NCBI RefSeq assembly: GCF_009914755.1
Contig: NC_060931.1
DNA: 64,000 nt
Strand: one strand, 5' to 3'
From: the human T2T-CHM13v2.0 reference genome, Homo sapiens
Numbering within the stretch: the stretch's first letter is position 1; every line of letters begins with the position of its first letter. The translations under genes and the position numbers were made by a program. The notes under the pieces were generated by a model. It worked only from the letters and a program-made list of their open reading frames with translations. It made no database searches and was not told the DNA's origin. Positions 15,392 through 30,460 of this stretch are shown here, piece after piece.

Positions 15392-16679
15392 CCTAAGGCA
15401 CCTATTTAAATGTAACCTTTTGAGATGCTTAGATGGTGGCATCAAGCCCATTTGAATGAACAGGTATTACAATGTTTGCTCTAGATCACAAATCAATTAT
15501 AGGGATAATCATTTTTCCATAACTTGGTGATCAAAGAGGATGGTAAACAATGACAACAAATAGCATTGGTTGTCTACCAACACAATACAATGGTGGAAAC
15601 TTGCATATGGAATGAATTTTTTAATATTTCTGTCTTATTTTATTTTCTGCATTATAATCTAGTTCTTTAGAACAATGAGCTCTGCCAAAGCGTCTGCTGT
15701 AACTCCAGGTGTAAGGTGTATCAAATACTGTAGCCAGCTGATATATTCAGCAGCTTATATTAGCACTTAAACACACAAAGAAGATTTATACAGCACTCCT
15801 TTGTAATTGATAGTTCCAAAAAACTAGAAAAGTATGAAGATGAAAGAGCGCTCTGCTTTCCTTCCAAGTGTGCAAATAGAAAAGATGAACTTTGGAGAAA
15901 CACATGGATACCACCTGCAAAACAATCCTATGATCACAACCGTGACAGGCCTGGTTTGCATTCTCCTCCTCACCCCTTTGAAGTAAATAGAAGCTTTGTA
16001 AAATGAAGGTGTGCATAGGGATAAAAGTTAAGTCAGATAAAGCCTGCTTCTCCTCTTACCATACAAGGCATACATAAATTCTTAGCCAGTGACTATTTCT
16101 TTGAATTACTACATTTGATTCCACTGACATAAAATTTCTGGTATATATGCATTGTTTAGCATGTATTTGTTTTAAATATGGTTAACTAGAAGTGTGCCTA
16201 TATACTAAAATCCATTTACAAAAATACATTATACCCTTTGCTTTTTTCTTTCCACTTTCTCCTCCCCAATAACACGACATTTTCATTCTCAGAAATTTCC
16301 AGGTTGGCCCATTTGTTGTTGTTCAGATAAACTTTGAATACATCTGACTTTTGCTAGCCCACAAAATGACCTATCAAACTTCATTCCCATTGCTATCCAG
16401 TGTGTATGTCTATATTCAAACACTGCTACCATTCTCTCTGATGGACAGAGCAATTAATACCTGGTCTTGTCCCAACTTAATAGGCCCTCCCCTCATCACT
16501 GGGTAAATCATACAAATCTTGAGAAGCCCAGTCGATTATGTAGTAAGCACACATGTATTAAAAATTAGGTGCCAAGGAAGATCGTTCCAGTTCTGTCACT
16601 ACTTGGGCACTGTTTGTTACTATGGGCAAACTGTTTTGTTCCCGACAATCTTAGTTTTGGCACACAGCTCTAGCTACAA

Positions 16680-16920
16680 GACAGTGTAGCATCGTGGTTA
16701 AGAGTATAAACTCTGGAGCGAGATCTACAACTTGGCTGCTGTGTGACACAGGACAATCCACCTAACTACTCTGTGCCTCGATTTTCTCACCAAAAGAAAG
16801 AGATAATAGTTTCTACTAAATAAGGATGTTATGAAGATTGGCTGCATTAAGATATTTATAAAGTGTTTAGAAGAGGAACTAGCACATCGTGAGCATTACA
16901 CAAGTATTAGCTATTATTAT
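16680..16920 (+). mobile_element. MIR
   Basis: GTGTAGCATCGTGGTTAAGAG...CTCTGTGCCTCGATTTTCTCA. Confidence 0.75.
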
Positions 16921-17628
16921 CCAACAAACACAGAGATATTGGGTGAATTATCTCCAGGTTCCTGTCATTTCTAGTATTTCATTGAGTAGATTTCTCATTC
17001 TGTTGTAAGTCAGGCTTCATTTTCTTCATGAAGTCTTTCTCAAGTACTCCAATCTGTGTTGATCTTGCTTAAAAAAAAAAAAAAACTATAGAATTTAGTA
17101 TCTGTAAGGACCACTCATTTAATTTGTAGTCAGGTAGTATTTTTTTAATCGTTAATACAATAATAGTAATAATATTAATAATTATGAATGCTCTATTTTA
17201 TCCTCCTTACACATCTATAGTATCCTCACTCTTCAAAGCCCCTTTGAAAGATAAGGAAATGGAAGTACTAAGAGATTAATTGACATACCACGGTTACCTG
17301 GTTATCAATAGGAAGTAGTAGATGGGGCACTGAGCCTAACTAGTAGGACTCCAAAGCCTGCACTCTTAGGTGCTATTTTAACTTCCCACTCTACTGTACC
17401 TTAACTAGTCCCAGCATATGCTTCCCCTTCTTCCATACTTCACAGTATGCTTTTAGAAGGCAGGAATCATGTTTTTTAAATATTTTCATGCATAAGAATT
17501 ATATCCCATATAAATAGATACTTAAGTACCTATCTATCTTTATCCTGGCATTATAACTCTGCAAGTAATTCATATAATGTCTAAAATGGAATGAGTCTCA
17601 AAATGATTGCTTAAAAATGGTTTGTTCT

Positions 17629-18154
<526 letters not shown>

Positions 18155-18897
18155 TCACCTCTTAGAGAACAATCTATAATGAATAATTACATCTGTCTAG
18201 GGAAGATATGCTACCAGTATGTGGCAGCAGTAATGACATCACAAACCAACTCTTTCATGGCTAAATTAATCAAATGCAATCATCTTAAATTCCTTTAATT
18301 ATATTATCAACATTGCTATTCTGAATCTTCATTACTGTTACTATAGCTTATAAAGTCCTCTGCCCTAAAAACAGTACATAAATTAAGTAGATATTGATAC
18401 TGCCTGACTTCTACAGAGCTACTGAGTTATTCAATACTCATCTATGTGCCAAATTCTTCAGACAAGATACCTCATTTAATCATTACATTCACCCATTTAT
18501 TTTCGCCTTTTACTTACACAGCTTAAAGAAGTTAATTAGTTCAAAATCACAAAAATAGCAAATTATAAAACTTAGATTTAAACCTAGATTTAAACCTACT
18601 CCAATCTATAAATCTATAAAATTTATAAATTTATAAAATTTGTAAATCTATAAAACTTAGATTTAAACCTACTCCAAAGCTCACATGTTGCCATGTGAGC
18701 TTATAGCTACTTTAAGATTTTACCTCAGTGCCAAATTCTCTGATGCTAGTAATTCTTTTTGGAGAGAGAAAAACTAGAACCTATTTTTCTTATATTTAGC
18801 ATGCAGAATCCAATTGATGAAACTCAAATTCTGATTTGTTTTGTTGTTGTTATTGATTTTCCTTGGGGGCTGAAAATATAAGAATCTGTTATCATAT

Positions 18898-19192
18898 GCT
18901 GGGAGTGGTGGCTAATGCCTACAATGCCAACACTTTGTGAGGAAGGATCACTTGGGTCCACAAGTTCAAGACCGCTAGGTAACACAGCAATACCTCCTTT
19001 CTACAAATAATAATAACAATTTAAAAATAGCTGGGCATGGTAGCGCACACCGGAGTCCCAGCTACTCAAGAGGCTGAGTTGGGAGATCGCTTGAGCGCGG
19101 GTGGTTGAGGCTGCAGTGAGCCATGATTGCCCCACTGCACTCCAGCCTGGAAAACAGAGCAAGACCTCATCTCAAAAAAAAAGAAAAAGAAA
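18898..19192 (+). mobile_element. AluJ SINE
   Basis: Diverged Alu; TSD AATCTGTTAT(C/T)ATAT. Confidence 0.9.
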
Positions 19193-20249
19193 AATCTGTT
19201 ATTATATAGGAATGATTGCACTAATATTTGTGAAATACTTTGGGTCAAATACATCTGGTCCTGTAGAAGCCCAGCCATAGCCTAATAATTGATTGATTGG
19301 AAAAGTAGCTATTTTATAAGGTGATCTTTGGTCATTCACAATTTAAGCAGCCCATTAATTTTAAATGGGCTTCAAGAGGACCATTTTAAAGCTGAATACC
19401 ACTTCATTGCAAATAGTGTTACAGCAAGGGTCCTGTGGATTCATTTTTATTATTTAAATAGCAATGATCATAAAATTAGCACCCTTCTAATGTAGTTCTC
19501 ATCTTGATTATTGCTATTTAACTAGTGAAATTTTTTCTTCAGGCTGAGCGAACACTATAATTATTATTGCTTTACATTGTAAAGGTTGCATCTTAATTGA
19601 AAAATCAACACTTTTTTTCCCTTTCAATGAATACATCAACTTTGAAATAAAAAAAAACATTGAGGATAGAAGCAATTTTGTTAGACCCACAAATTAGGGT
19701 GTCCTTGATTGGCCAGAATTCATAACCCATAATCTTACACATAAGATGCTAACTGATCCTATAGTAGGGTCTGTATTACAAGTATCAGAATGTTTCCAGT
19801 GCAACACTTTTTGTTTTTGAATTCCTATGGTCAAAGTAGATTTGAACAAACAACACTTCTTAGTTTCTTCTAACAGTATCATTACAGATATACACTGAAC
19901 TACTTAGTGTGATCAACAGCAAAAGGTCAAGTTGTTACAACTATTTACAGTATGTGTAGATACAGTAGATAAAGCCCACATGTTGGTAGGTGTAGACATT
20001 ATTTATGAGTATGAAGAAAAACACAAAAAGTTAAGTTGATCAGAAATGAATGCACGTGTGATATATTATGAATGTTATGTTTTGTGTATTTCATATATCT
20101 ATATATTTTTGTATATACAGAATAAAAGCTTATATAGTATGTTCCATGTGCCAAATATATTACTTAGATATTTCACATAAACATATACAATGTTATGTAC
20201 ACACACACACACACACACACGTGTGTGTGTGTGTACATATAAATACTCA

Positions 20250-20410
20250 TTTAGTCACCCTAGGGGAGATAATATTTATCCCATTTTTATGCAAGAGGAA
20301 ACTGAGGCACAATGATCTTAAATTGCTTGTACAAGGTCACACAGCTAGTAAATAGTAGAGACTTGAACTCAAGAGGCCTAGGTCCAATGTCCTACTCTTA
20401 TACAGTACAA
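20250..20410 (-). mobile_element. MIR
   Basis: CCCATTTTTATGCAAGAGGAAACTGAGGCAC...AAGGTCACACAGCTAGTAA. Confidence 0.8.
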
Positions 20411-23029
20411 TGTACTCAGTCCCATAGATAAATCTTATCACGTTTATATCATATGGCTTTAGTGTCTTCAACATCAACACTATCAGCAGCATGAAATAAT
20501 ATAAAAAAGTAGTATCAGACAAGATGCAAAATGTGATATTCAATTAATTTCAGCACATTAGCAAATGTTCCTGGCCTAATTATGTGTTGCCAAATAGAGT
20601 CCAAACCAATTTTAAAATTCTCTTTTGAGAGCATCATTATTTTGTTAAGCAAACATTCAGGATTCCTGAAGCTGAAGACCTATGTATACATAGAACTTAA
20701 CCACATTTCTACAATCCAAAGCACAAGCATAAAGATTTTCATAGACAAACAGGGAACTTCAGGGATTGCCCACTCCACCCTTGCTTTCCATATACGTATT
20801 AGTTTGTGCATTATGTTATAAATTAGAATAATTCCATGAAGAATAAAAATCATTTTTGATAAATTTTCCATTTTTCTTTTATTGTATTACACAAGCATAC
20901 GAATATATATATGTATACACGGATGTGGCAAAAACACTTATTTTACGTCTTTAATTCACTTGTATAGTCATGGCAAATCAATGAATAACAACTTTGTACA
21001 TTTTACTGGAATGCATACAAGGGAAAATGTTACAAGGTGAGTTTTGGTTCTGCCATTCAACACCTATGAATGTAGTTCCTTATATAGGAACCACACTAAA
21101 ACTGTATGAGCTTTGTCTACTCTGTCTATATCCCAAGGTAACTGTGAGAATCAAATGAGATACAGGATGTGAAAATGGCCTATGAAATCTAAAATGCTGA
21201 ACAAATATAAATGATTAGTATTATTGCTAGTATTGTATTCATCTTTCAGTTCACAGCACCTAGCACAATGCCTGGCACTATGAATATTTGTGAACATAAC
21301 TTATTTTTCGTTATGAAAAAAAGCCACGGTAAGAATTTAACCAACAGGACAAGCTGCATGTTACCAAAATAAAGATGCCAAACCTAAAGAGTCTAAAACT
21401 GCTATTCCCTTAACTATTATAAATAATATGAAAATAAGAGCATATTTTTCCAATTTTGTAATCACAAAATTCATGTGTGTTTTACTATATTCACAACTAT
21501 TGAAATTTTGCATTAAGGTTTTTGAAAACATTTTAATACCAATCTTGGCAAAAAAAAAAAACTTCATGCACACACACACCTATACGTATATATATAGAGA
21601 GAAGTTTACTGATGACTTCTCATTTTCTTAGAATTTAACCAAAATTCTAAGAAAAGAATGTTATATTTTACATAAAATTCAGATGTTTGTATATATTAGC
21701 CTGCTTATATGTACATTACGTACACATAAATTCATATGTCCATCTCTACATAAGACCTATAAATAAGAGGATAGGTCTATATATTCCATAAGCACATTAT
21801 CCGAACTTCAGAAATTGCTATGTAAAAGCCAAAAGCCCACATTTCCACTTTGATCAATGGGACAGCTTTATCACAAAATGGGATGACTGACGTTTATTGA
21901 TTAGCTGATAACTTTTTAATGCAACAGCCTTTAATCTGCAATAAAACTATGAATGAAAATAGAGCTTTCACAAAGGAAAACAGGGATTGATTTTCCTGAA
22001 AGAATACAGGAACATGGAGATTTCAGATGGCAAAAACATCCAGAGAAACACAGCAATGACATCCAGCTATTTGGCTTTCCCTACAGACCCGTGAGTTGAG
22101 ACAACTGCATCACCTGACATTCTGGCCCCAGTGCCAAGGACTAGGGAATCAAATCAAATCAACATAATAAGGCTGTTGTGTTCATGAGGATGGAGAAAAA
22201 CAACCCCAAACAGCAGTAAAAGTTCACTTCACAGCAGGACCACCATTTCAGAGGAAAAGCTAACACTACTGAGAGGTTTGCTTCAATACTACCCATACAT
22301 CTTTATAGGGATGAGCCATTTTTAACCATGTTCGGTGGCCTTGATAGTATTTGACAACAACTTTTGCTGGTAACTCTGCAGCTGGAAATAATTCTAAGAA
22401 AAACATCTTATGGTTTAGGACTAAATTCAGTGTTGAAAAGTTCTGGGGGATAAATGGAAAAAGGGGGGCATATATTTCTAATCAAAATTTATCCAGAACT
22501 TGGTATTGGTTTATAGATCACGATCATACTTAATGTGAAAAATCGACATAATACTAAGCTAAGAATTATGCATAGATACATTAACATTGATAAACGAGAC
22601 AAAACCTGGCATAAAAATATTGAATTGAAGTCATTCCTTCATCCAACAAATATACATTTGTGCTAGTGATGTAGCAGAATTTAAAAATACCCTTCTGAAT
22701 AACAAAATGGGTGAGAAAAGTATTTCTTATTCCAGTATCTGGAATAAGATACTGGAATAAGTATCTTATAGTGAATCTGATAAAGAAAAAAATCACTAAT
22801 GAGTGAAAGCATCCAGGTTCATACTTTTTCTTATTTGCTATTTTCCCAACACACAGCTAAGGGCGTACAATCTTTCTTTTAAAATCATGAAGAGCCTGAT
22901 AATCTTTTTGGGTTTCAGTTTTTCATCTTTAAATTAAAGGTGTTGATATCATTAATCTTTATCGTCTCAAGCTGCAGCTTTGAAATTTCTATGAATATTT
23001 ACTACTATAATGGGAATTCCATGAACATT

Positions 23030-23092
23030 AGTAATACTCCTACTACTACTACTAATACCTCCGCCGCTGCTGCTACTACTACTACTGCCTCC
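23030..23092. repeat. Compound (CTA)/(CCG)/(CTG) trinucleotide repeat
   Basis: tactactactactaatacctccgccgctgctgctactactactactgcc. Confidence 0.85.
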
Positions 23093-24367
23093 ATTCCCAA
23101 ACGGCTGTTCTCCTCCAGTGAGAAAAATACACCATGTCTGAAACATTCTGGGGCCAAAACCTGTGCATAAACAACGCATAAATACACAGTGTTATCATAA
23201 ACATCTCTTGAATTCTGGTAAATAAGAGAAAATATTTGAGGCAGAGAAGCGCACACACTGCAGCCTAGACAAGGACTGGAATAGTTCCCGAACACCATGT
23301 CCTCCCATCTATTTTTCTCACAGCTATTCGCTCAGATGAGTTCACAGAACATCTTTCTTGAGACAAACCTCTATTGGAAGGTGCTCTTGGTCTCTCTTCA
23401 TCTATCATACCTTGATGAGAATAATTTTCAAAAACTATTAGTGAAACACATTCTTTGTTAGCCACGCAGATTTTTTTTTTTCAGAATAGAAACAGTTTTG
23501 AAGCTTGTACGTGTAGTCTGAGTATTGGCTATCAGGGAGGGAAGATCTGCATAGACTAAGCAACCATGAGATGGGATTCTCAGCTGTGTAATTTCAGTCA
23601 TCACATGCCTTAGCTATTTGATTATTTTATGCCCTGGGTTTCTCTTCATGTAAAACAGGAATAATATCAAGTTATTTCAGAGTATTTGTCCTAATAGAGA
23701 TTATTGAGAAATGTGTGGTGAGATAGGAGTATCTAATAATATTTATTAGAGTGCCCTAATCTGATAACTGAGATTTAGCTCTAATGTTACATAAATGCAA
23801 ACAGCTTTCCATTAGCCCTCAAAGAAAAATAAAACAGAGGGAAATAAAAGCAGATATTGGCACTCGTTTTCAAACAATTCAAGCCACCTGTGCATGAATA
23901 CGTTTTTTAAAAAATAAGATTCTAAATACCCAAGAAACTATTCATTCAATTCAGTATTCAATGAATACCTCAAACATGTGAATCATACACATAAACCGGG
24001 CATGAACCATCCTCTACAAGCCAATGAAAATAGGATTAAAATTAGGATCTATGTAAAGTATGTATTGGCACATAAAATTTGTTAATTCTGACTAAGATAA
24101 TCAAGGGAAAAATAACATCTGATCTGAATCTTAAAGAACAAATATGATCTCAATGAATAGGACAATACTCTGTAAATAGTAATACTTAACAGTAGAGTAC
24201 CTCATTTTTTAAAAGTCCAAAGATATTCTTGTCAGTCCCCTATAACATGAATTTTAGCATAGGTCAACAAGGTGTTAAGACAGACACTGATAGCCATCAT
24301 CCACTAGGGAATCCAGTGGCCTTGCCTTTGGACAGAGTACATTTTGTTAAAATAAGTATAAAATTAA

Positions 24368-24695
24368 GTCCGGGTGTGGTGGCTCACACCTGTAATCCCA
24401 GCACAGTAGGGGGCCAAGGCGGGAGGATTGCTTGGTCTCAGGAGTTCAAGACCAGCATGGGCAACATGGCAAAACCCCATCTCTACAAAAAAATACAAAA
24501 ATTAGCTGGGGATGGTGGTGCATGCCTATGGTCTCAGGCTGAGATGGGAGAGTCATCTGAGCCCAGGAGATTGAGGTCACTTGAGCCCAGGAGACTGAGG
24601 CTGCAGTGAGCTGAGATCATGCCACTGCACTCCAGACTGGGCGACAGAGTGAGACCCTGTCTCAAAAACAAAAACAAACAAACAAACAAAAAAAC
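24368..24695 (+). mobile_element. AluJ SINE
   Basis: Diverged Alu with internal rearrangement and AAAC tail. Confidence 0.9.
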
Positions 24696-26502
24696 CTAAA
24701 ATTACATGAAACCTAAGCACATTTTCTTCAATATGTAATAGATCAGAGTCTGAATACACAGTGATTATGCATAGATTTCACATCACTCATATAATTTCAC
24801 ATTACTCAATATGTGATAAATACAACTTCATTTATCAATTATATGCAGTAAGAACATAAGCTCCATGATAGCAGATATTTTTCTGACTTTTTTCACCACT
24901 GTATCTCCAGTGACTAGGACAAAGCCTGTCATATAATAGGGACTCAAAACACATTTGTTGAATGAATAAACATCTAGAGTCTTATAAACCTACGTAACAC
25001 CTGTACAGACTACAACTGTGTAGCATATGTACCCAATAAATAAATTAATTAAACTAAACTCTCATAGGTAAAATAAGAACTGTTATACATTAAGATTTAT
25101 TATTCATATTTAAAAATCATAAAAAATAACAGTAATGGATACGGATCTCATTTGCAAAATATAATCATTCCAATTTTGCAAACAGAAATGTGAATACAAG
25201 ATTCTGCTACAATAAAAGATAATTAAAGGGTCCATCACAACTCAAGCCTCTTCAACAGGACCTAAAAACTAGTCAAAACAGGACTATATAGGCAATAACT
25301 AGGAGTAACTATGAAACAAATCTCTGAATAGTTTAATAATGTCATACCCACAGCAAAACAAACCAAAAAAACTTCTTTGCTAAACTCTAGATTTACAAAA
25401 GATTCAAAAGATTACATACAAAACCATTGCACAAAGGTACTTTTCTGATCTTAAAGCTTAATCAGACATTGTTTAAACAGTATTTTTAATCTAGCCATTC
25501 CTGATATATTGCCAATAATGGAGTTCTTGAGTTAACATTACCCTTAGCTACTGTCAAATGCAAATAGTGCTTTAGATTTAAAAAAACAATAGCATCTAAC
25601 CAAAATTTTTACCTAGTAAGATACAGCACCAACTCTCATTAGGAAAAAATTCAGTAACAGACAGAAGCAAATATGCATTGTGCATCTTAAATACATGTTT
25701 ATTATGATTTAAAAAAAGTGGAAAAATGATACCAATAAAAACCCATAACAAACACTAAGCATACAATTACGATGTGAAGGTCCACATGTACTAGTTTAGC
25801 TCAGGTTATTTCTTCTTTATATCTTATTTCATGAAACTTACATATTCTATGAGGTGGTAGCCCCCAAATATATTTATTTTCATGACTGCTTTATTTTAGT
25901 TTCAAATACTAATAATTGTTGTGTTTACTTTTTTACATATCAGAATATATAGATGTATGTGTATTTATTAAAAATATGGGGACAAAAAGTATAATATTTG
26001 GTTCTGCAAATATTTTCCACTGACATCCTTTACCTAGATTTTTCCAATAAATATTGTTTGGCTTATATTTCTATCAAGTCCATTCATTGTATAACAAAAT
26101 AATTATTTAATATGAGGTCAAGTTCAACCAAAGAAGGTATAGATCACTTTCTTCAAAATAACTTGTGACTAATTATAGGGAGGGTAAGTAAAAAATATTT
26201 GCTGACATAACTTCCTTTGAGCACATTTCAAAAGTCAATTTCTACAATATATTGTTATATTAAGGACAAAATTAAAGAAGAAAAATAGGAAAGAAAAAGC
26301 TAAAGACTTGGGTTAATATATATATTTTTAGCTTTCATCTTTGGAAGAGCAAGCACCAGTTTTGTAGAGTTTTGAATTTTAGTTTTTGGTTTTCATCTGG
26401 GCGGTAAGCCTGCCCTATGTACCTTAACAAGAATAAACTGGTAAAACCAAAAATAGTGAAAAGTATCTACTAGAGCATACTTTACTAAAATCAAGACTAA
26501 TG

Positions 26503-26590
26503 TAATTTTCTCACTGTAAGTATACAGAATATAAGTATTGGCTGCACCTGTCCAATACTTATATTCCGTATACTTACAGTGAGAAAATTA
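26503..26590. repeat. Inverted repeat, 39-bp arms, 10-nt spacer
   Basis: Arms 26503-26541 and 26552-26590 are reverse complements with one mismatch. Confidence 0.97.
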
Positions 26591-27991
26591 TAAGTATACC
26601 AATAAAAGAAAGTACACCTACTTCCTATAAGGGAAAGTGTCCTTCATAGCAAATTCTACTTACATTATTCCCCCATGAATTACGTTTTTTTCTAAAACCC
26701 ACTTTTCAAGTCAAGCATGCATTCACCAGATTTAGCTAGTATCCTTTCTCTTTTCCTTCTGGCACAAAATCATAATGTGGCTCTGGGCCTAAAAGATTTG
26801 TTTCCCTGTCAACTTACAGATAAGTAAGTAAAGGTTAAGAGACATACCCAAGGTCTATGATTTAGATTTTATTTCTTTTACTGGACTTGATGGATTCCTG
26901 GGAGGGTATCTAAAATAAAAATTCTTGCAAGAGAGCCTACTTGCAAGATGGAGAGTACTTTTCATTGGATTTTCATTTTGATTTAAAAAATGTATTCCTT
27001 GTAAAACAATCAAGTACCAAACTAAAATTTTCGCTTTACTGGAAAGGGGGCTGCTGGGCTTTGTGACAGACATGGAACACATCTGCACCAGTGGAACAGT
27101 AGAACATCTAATGACAAGAATTCCTACTAGACACACCTAGAACAGGGTGGGTCATCAATGCCTTGGCTCTCTCTAATCAGCATTGGGAAGTTCCTTCTAA
27201 ACTAGAATTGGTTCCAGTATAAAAGAAATCTACAATCAGCAATGACTTTCTCACAGCTAAAATAGAGAATAATCTTTGGAAGAGGAAAATATATATAATT
27301 CTAGCAAAGATGATAAAATAAGAATATATTTAAAATATCATTTTTATATAGCCTTCGCTTTTTGATTCCCTAGTATATTTTAAAAATAAGATGACAATAT
27401 ATTACTTAAATAATATTTTCCAGAAACTGATTGCCTCTATCACATAACAAATTTTATATGGGTATGAATGGCAAGGTTCATCTTACAACTTAATTGCAAA
27501 AGACTGATACTGCTGTCTTTATTTTACAATTAAGTATATGAGAAAATATCTAACCTTGCACTCCACGAAAGGCCTGCATCAGAATCACCTAACAGTTCCT
27601 TAGAGATACAGAAGCCTAGTTCTAGGCCTGTAATGTCAAGCTCTCACAGGATAGGAAACAGGAAGCTGCATTTGCACAAGCTTCCCAAATGATTTTTATT
27701 CATGCCCAGGTCTGAATACGGACTGAAGTAGAATCAGACAGCTGATTACCGGCATTAAAGTAATTAAAACCTATCCAAAATGTTTTTCTATCTTCATAGG
27801 ACAACAGGTAAAATCTAAAACTAATAAAACAAGAAGTTGCAGTACAAGCATATTATTTAGTATGTAGGACAACTAAAAGGCAGTTGCTTCTAGAGAGGAC
27901 TGTGAGTTGTGGGTTGCAGGAACGGGGAATAATTTTATTTGCACTTTTTCCTACTCTGTACATAAACTGCTTTGACAAAATATTTAAACTG

Positions 27992-28378
<387 letters not shown>

Positions 28379-28946
28379 TCAGAACCATCAAGAGGTAGCT
28401 ATCGTATAACTCTCAGGAATACTAACTTGGGCGAGAAGGTATGCAACTAGTCATGCTTGAAATGGATAGTTTGAGTCTATTTGGTAACATGTTTAAATAT
28501 GCCTCAAAAAAAGTTTTAAATCTTTTTGAAATTGAAAACAAACCAAAAAACTCATGTTCTTAAATCCAAAAAAATGCCATTTCTCTTTCAGTGTGTGCTC
28601 TCATTTTGGTAAAAGCAGTCAGAAAAACGAAAGAAGATGAAGTTTTCCTGACCAATCATATCAAAAAAACTTAATCGGGCAAGAAAGTTTTCAAAATTAG
28701 TAATAAAAAATCAACTTTATAAAGTACTCACTGTATGTGTTGAAAGAAACAAGATGTAGGAAGGTAACTTAGTAAAAAGGCAGGAAATTATGAAAACAAA
28801 CCACAAATGGAATTTTTCTGATCCTGGACAGGTACGTGTTAACACAAATTATTCAGTCAGGGTCTACACAGACCTGACTGACTTCAGTTTTTTTAGAAGC
28901 AGATTTGTAACAGTAATCTAAGTATTTCTTTTTTCCACTTCATTGA

Positions 28947-29300
<354 letters not shown>

Positions 29301-29845
29301 TAAAACCAGAAATTCTTAAAGAAACAAAGTGTAGTTATGATTTTCATTTACTTAAAGTGCCATCCATGTAATAATATTAGTGGTTTTAAACAGTTGAGTC
29401 CCCACACAAGGGTCTGTCTGGATGATTTTTGTATGGTCCTCTAGTATTGTATTACAGATATCTGATAAAGTACAGAAGTTTGCAAAAGATTTACTTTTGT
29501 AAATAGTGAAGAGTCAGGGTTATTGTTATTTCTTTAATAACATTTTTTCCAATGGACTTGCATTCCAGTGTGTTTTACTGAGTGTAAGACAAAGCAGTAG
29601 AGTTACAAGGATCTATTCTGTTGGGAATTTTGCATAACCCTGGGACTTATGCACACTCCTGGAAATGCTCTGGAAGAAGATAAAATGTAAATGTGAAAGT
29701 CACTATCATGTGAATCACTACAGAGAAAAGACTGAAATGAACTAATGTAACCAAATGGAAACAAACTAGTTCTAAAAATAACACATAACTTTGTTACGAA
29801 GAACAAAATGAAAGGTGGTAGATTTTCAAAGATGAATGATATAAC

Positions 29846-30140
29846 GGCCAGGCACAGTGGCTCACACCTGTAATCCCAGCACTTTGGGAAGCTAAGGCGG
29901 GCGGATCACTTGAAGTCAGGAGTTTGAGACTAGCCTGGACAACAATAGTGAAACTCCGTCTCCACTAAAAATACAAAAATTATCCAGGCATGGTAGCGCA
30001 TGCCTGTAATCCCAGCTACCTAGGAGGCTGAGGCAAGAGACACTTGAATCCGGGAGGCAGGAGTTGCAGTGAGCCGAGATCGTGCCACTGCACTCCAGCC
30101 TGGATGATACAGCGAGACTCTGTCTCAAAAAGAAAAAAAA
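29846..30140 (+). mobile_element. AluS SINE
   Basis: TSD AATGATATAAC. Confidence 0.95.
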
Positions 30141-30174
30141 AATGATATAACTAAATTTAAAATATATGATTTAA

Positions 30175-30460
30175 GGCTGGGTATGATGGCTCATGCCTGC
30201 AATCCTAGCACTTCAGGAGGCCGACTTGAGCAGATCACTTAAGCCCAGGAGTTCAAGACCAGCCTGGGCAAAACCCCATCTCTCTATAAAATACAAAAAT
30301 TGGCCGGGCATGGTGGTGCGTGCCTGTAGTCCCAGCTACTTGGGAGGCTGAAGTAGGGTAGACTGCTGAACTAAGGAGGCAGAGTTTGCAGTGAGCCAAA
30401 ATCATGCCACTGCACTCTAGCCAGGGCAACCAAGTGAGACCCTGTCTCAGAATAAAATAA
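30175..30460 (+). mobile_element. AluJ SINE
   Basis: Diverged dimeric Alu. Confidence 0.9.

Noticed and set aside
22940-23298. Poly-T/A, poly-S and poly-V ORFs
   Set aside because: Produced by the trinucleotide repeat
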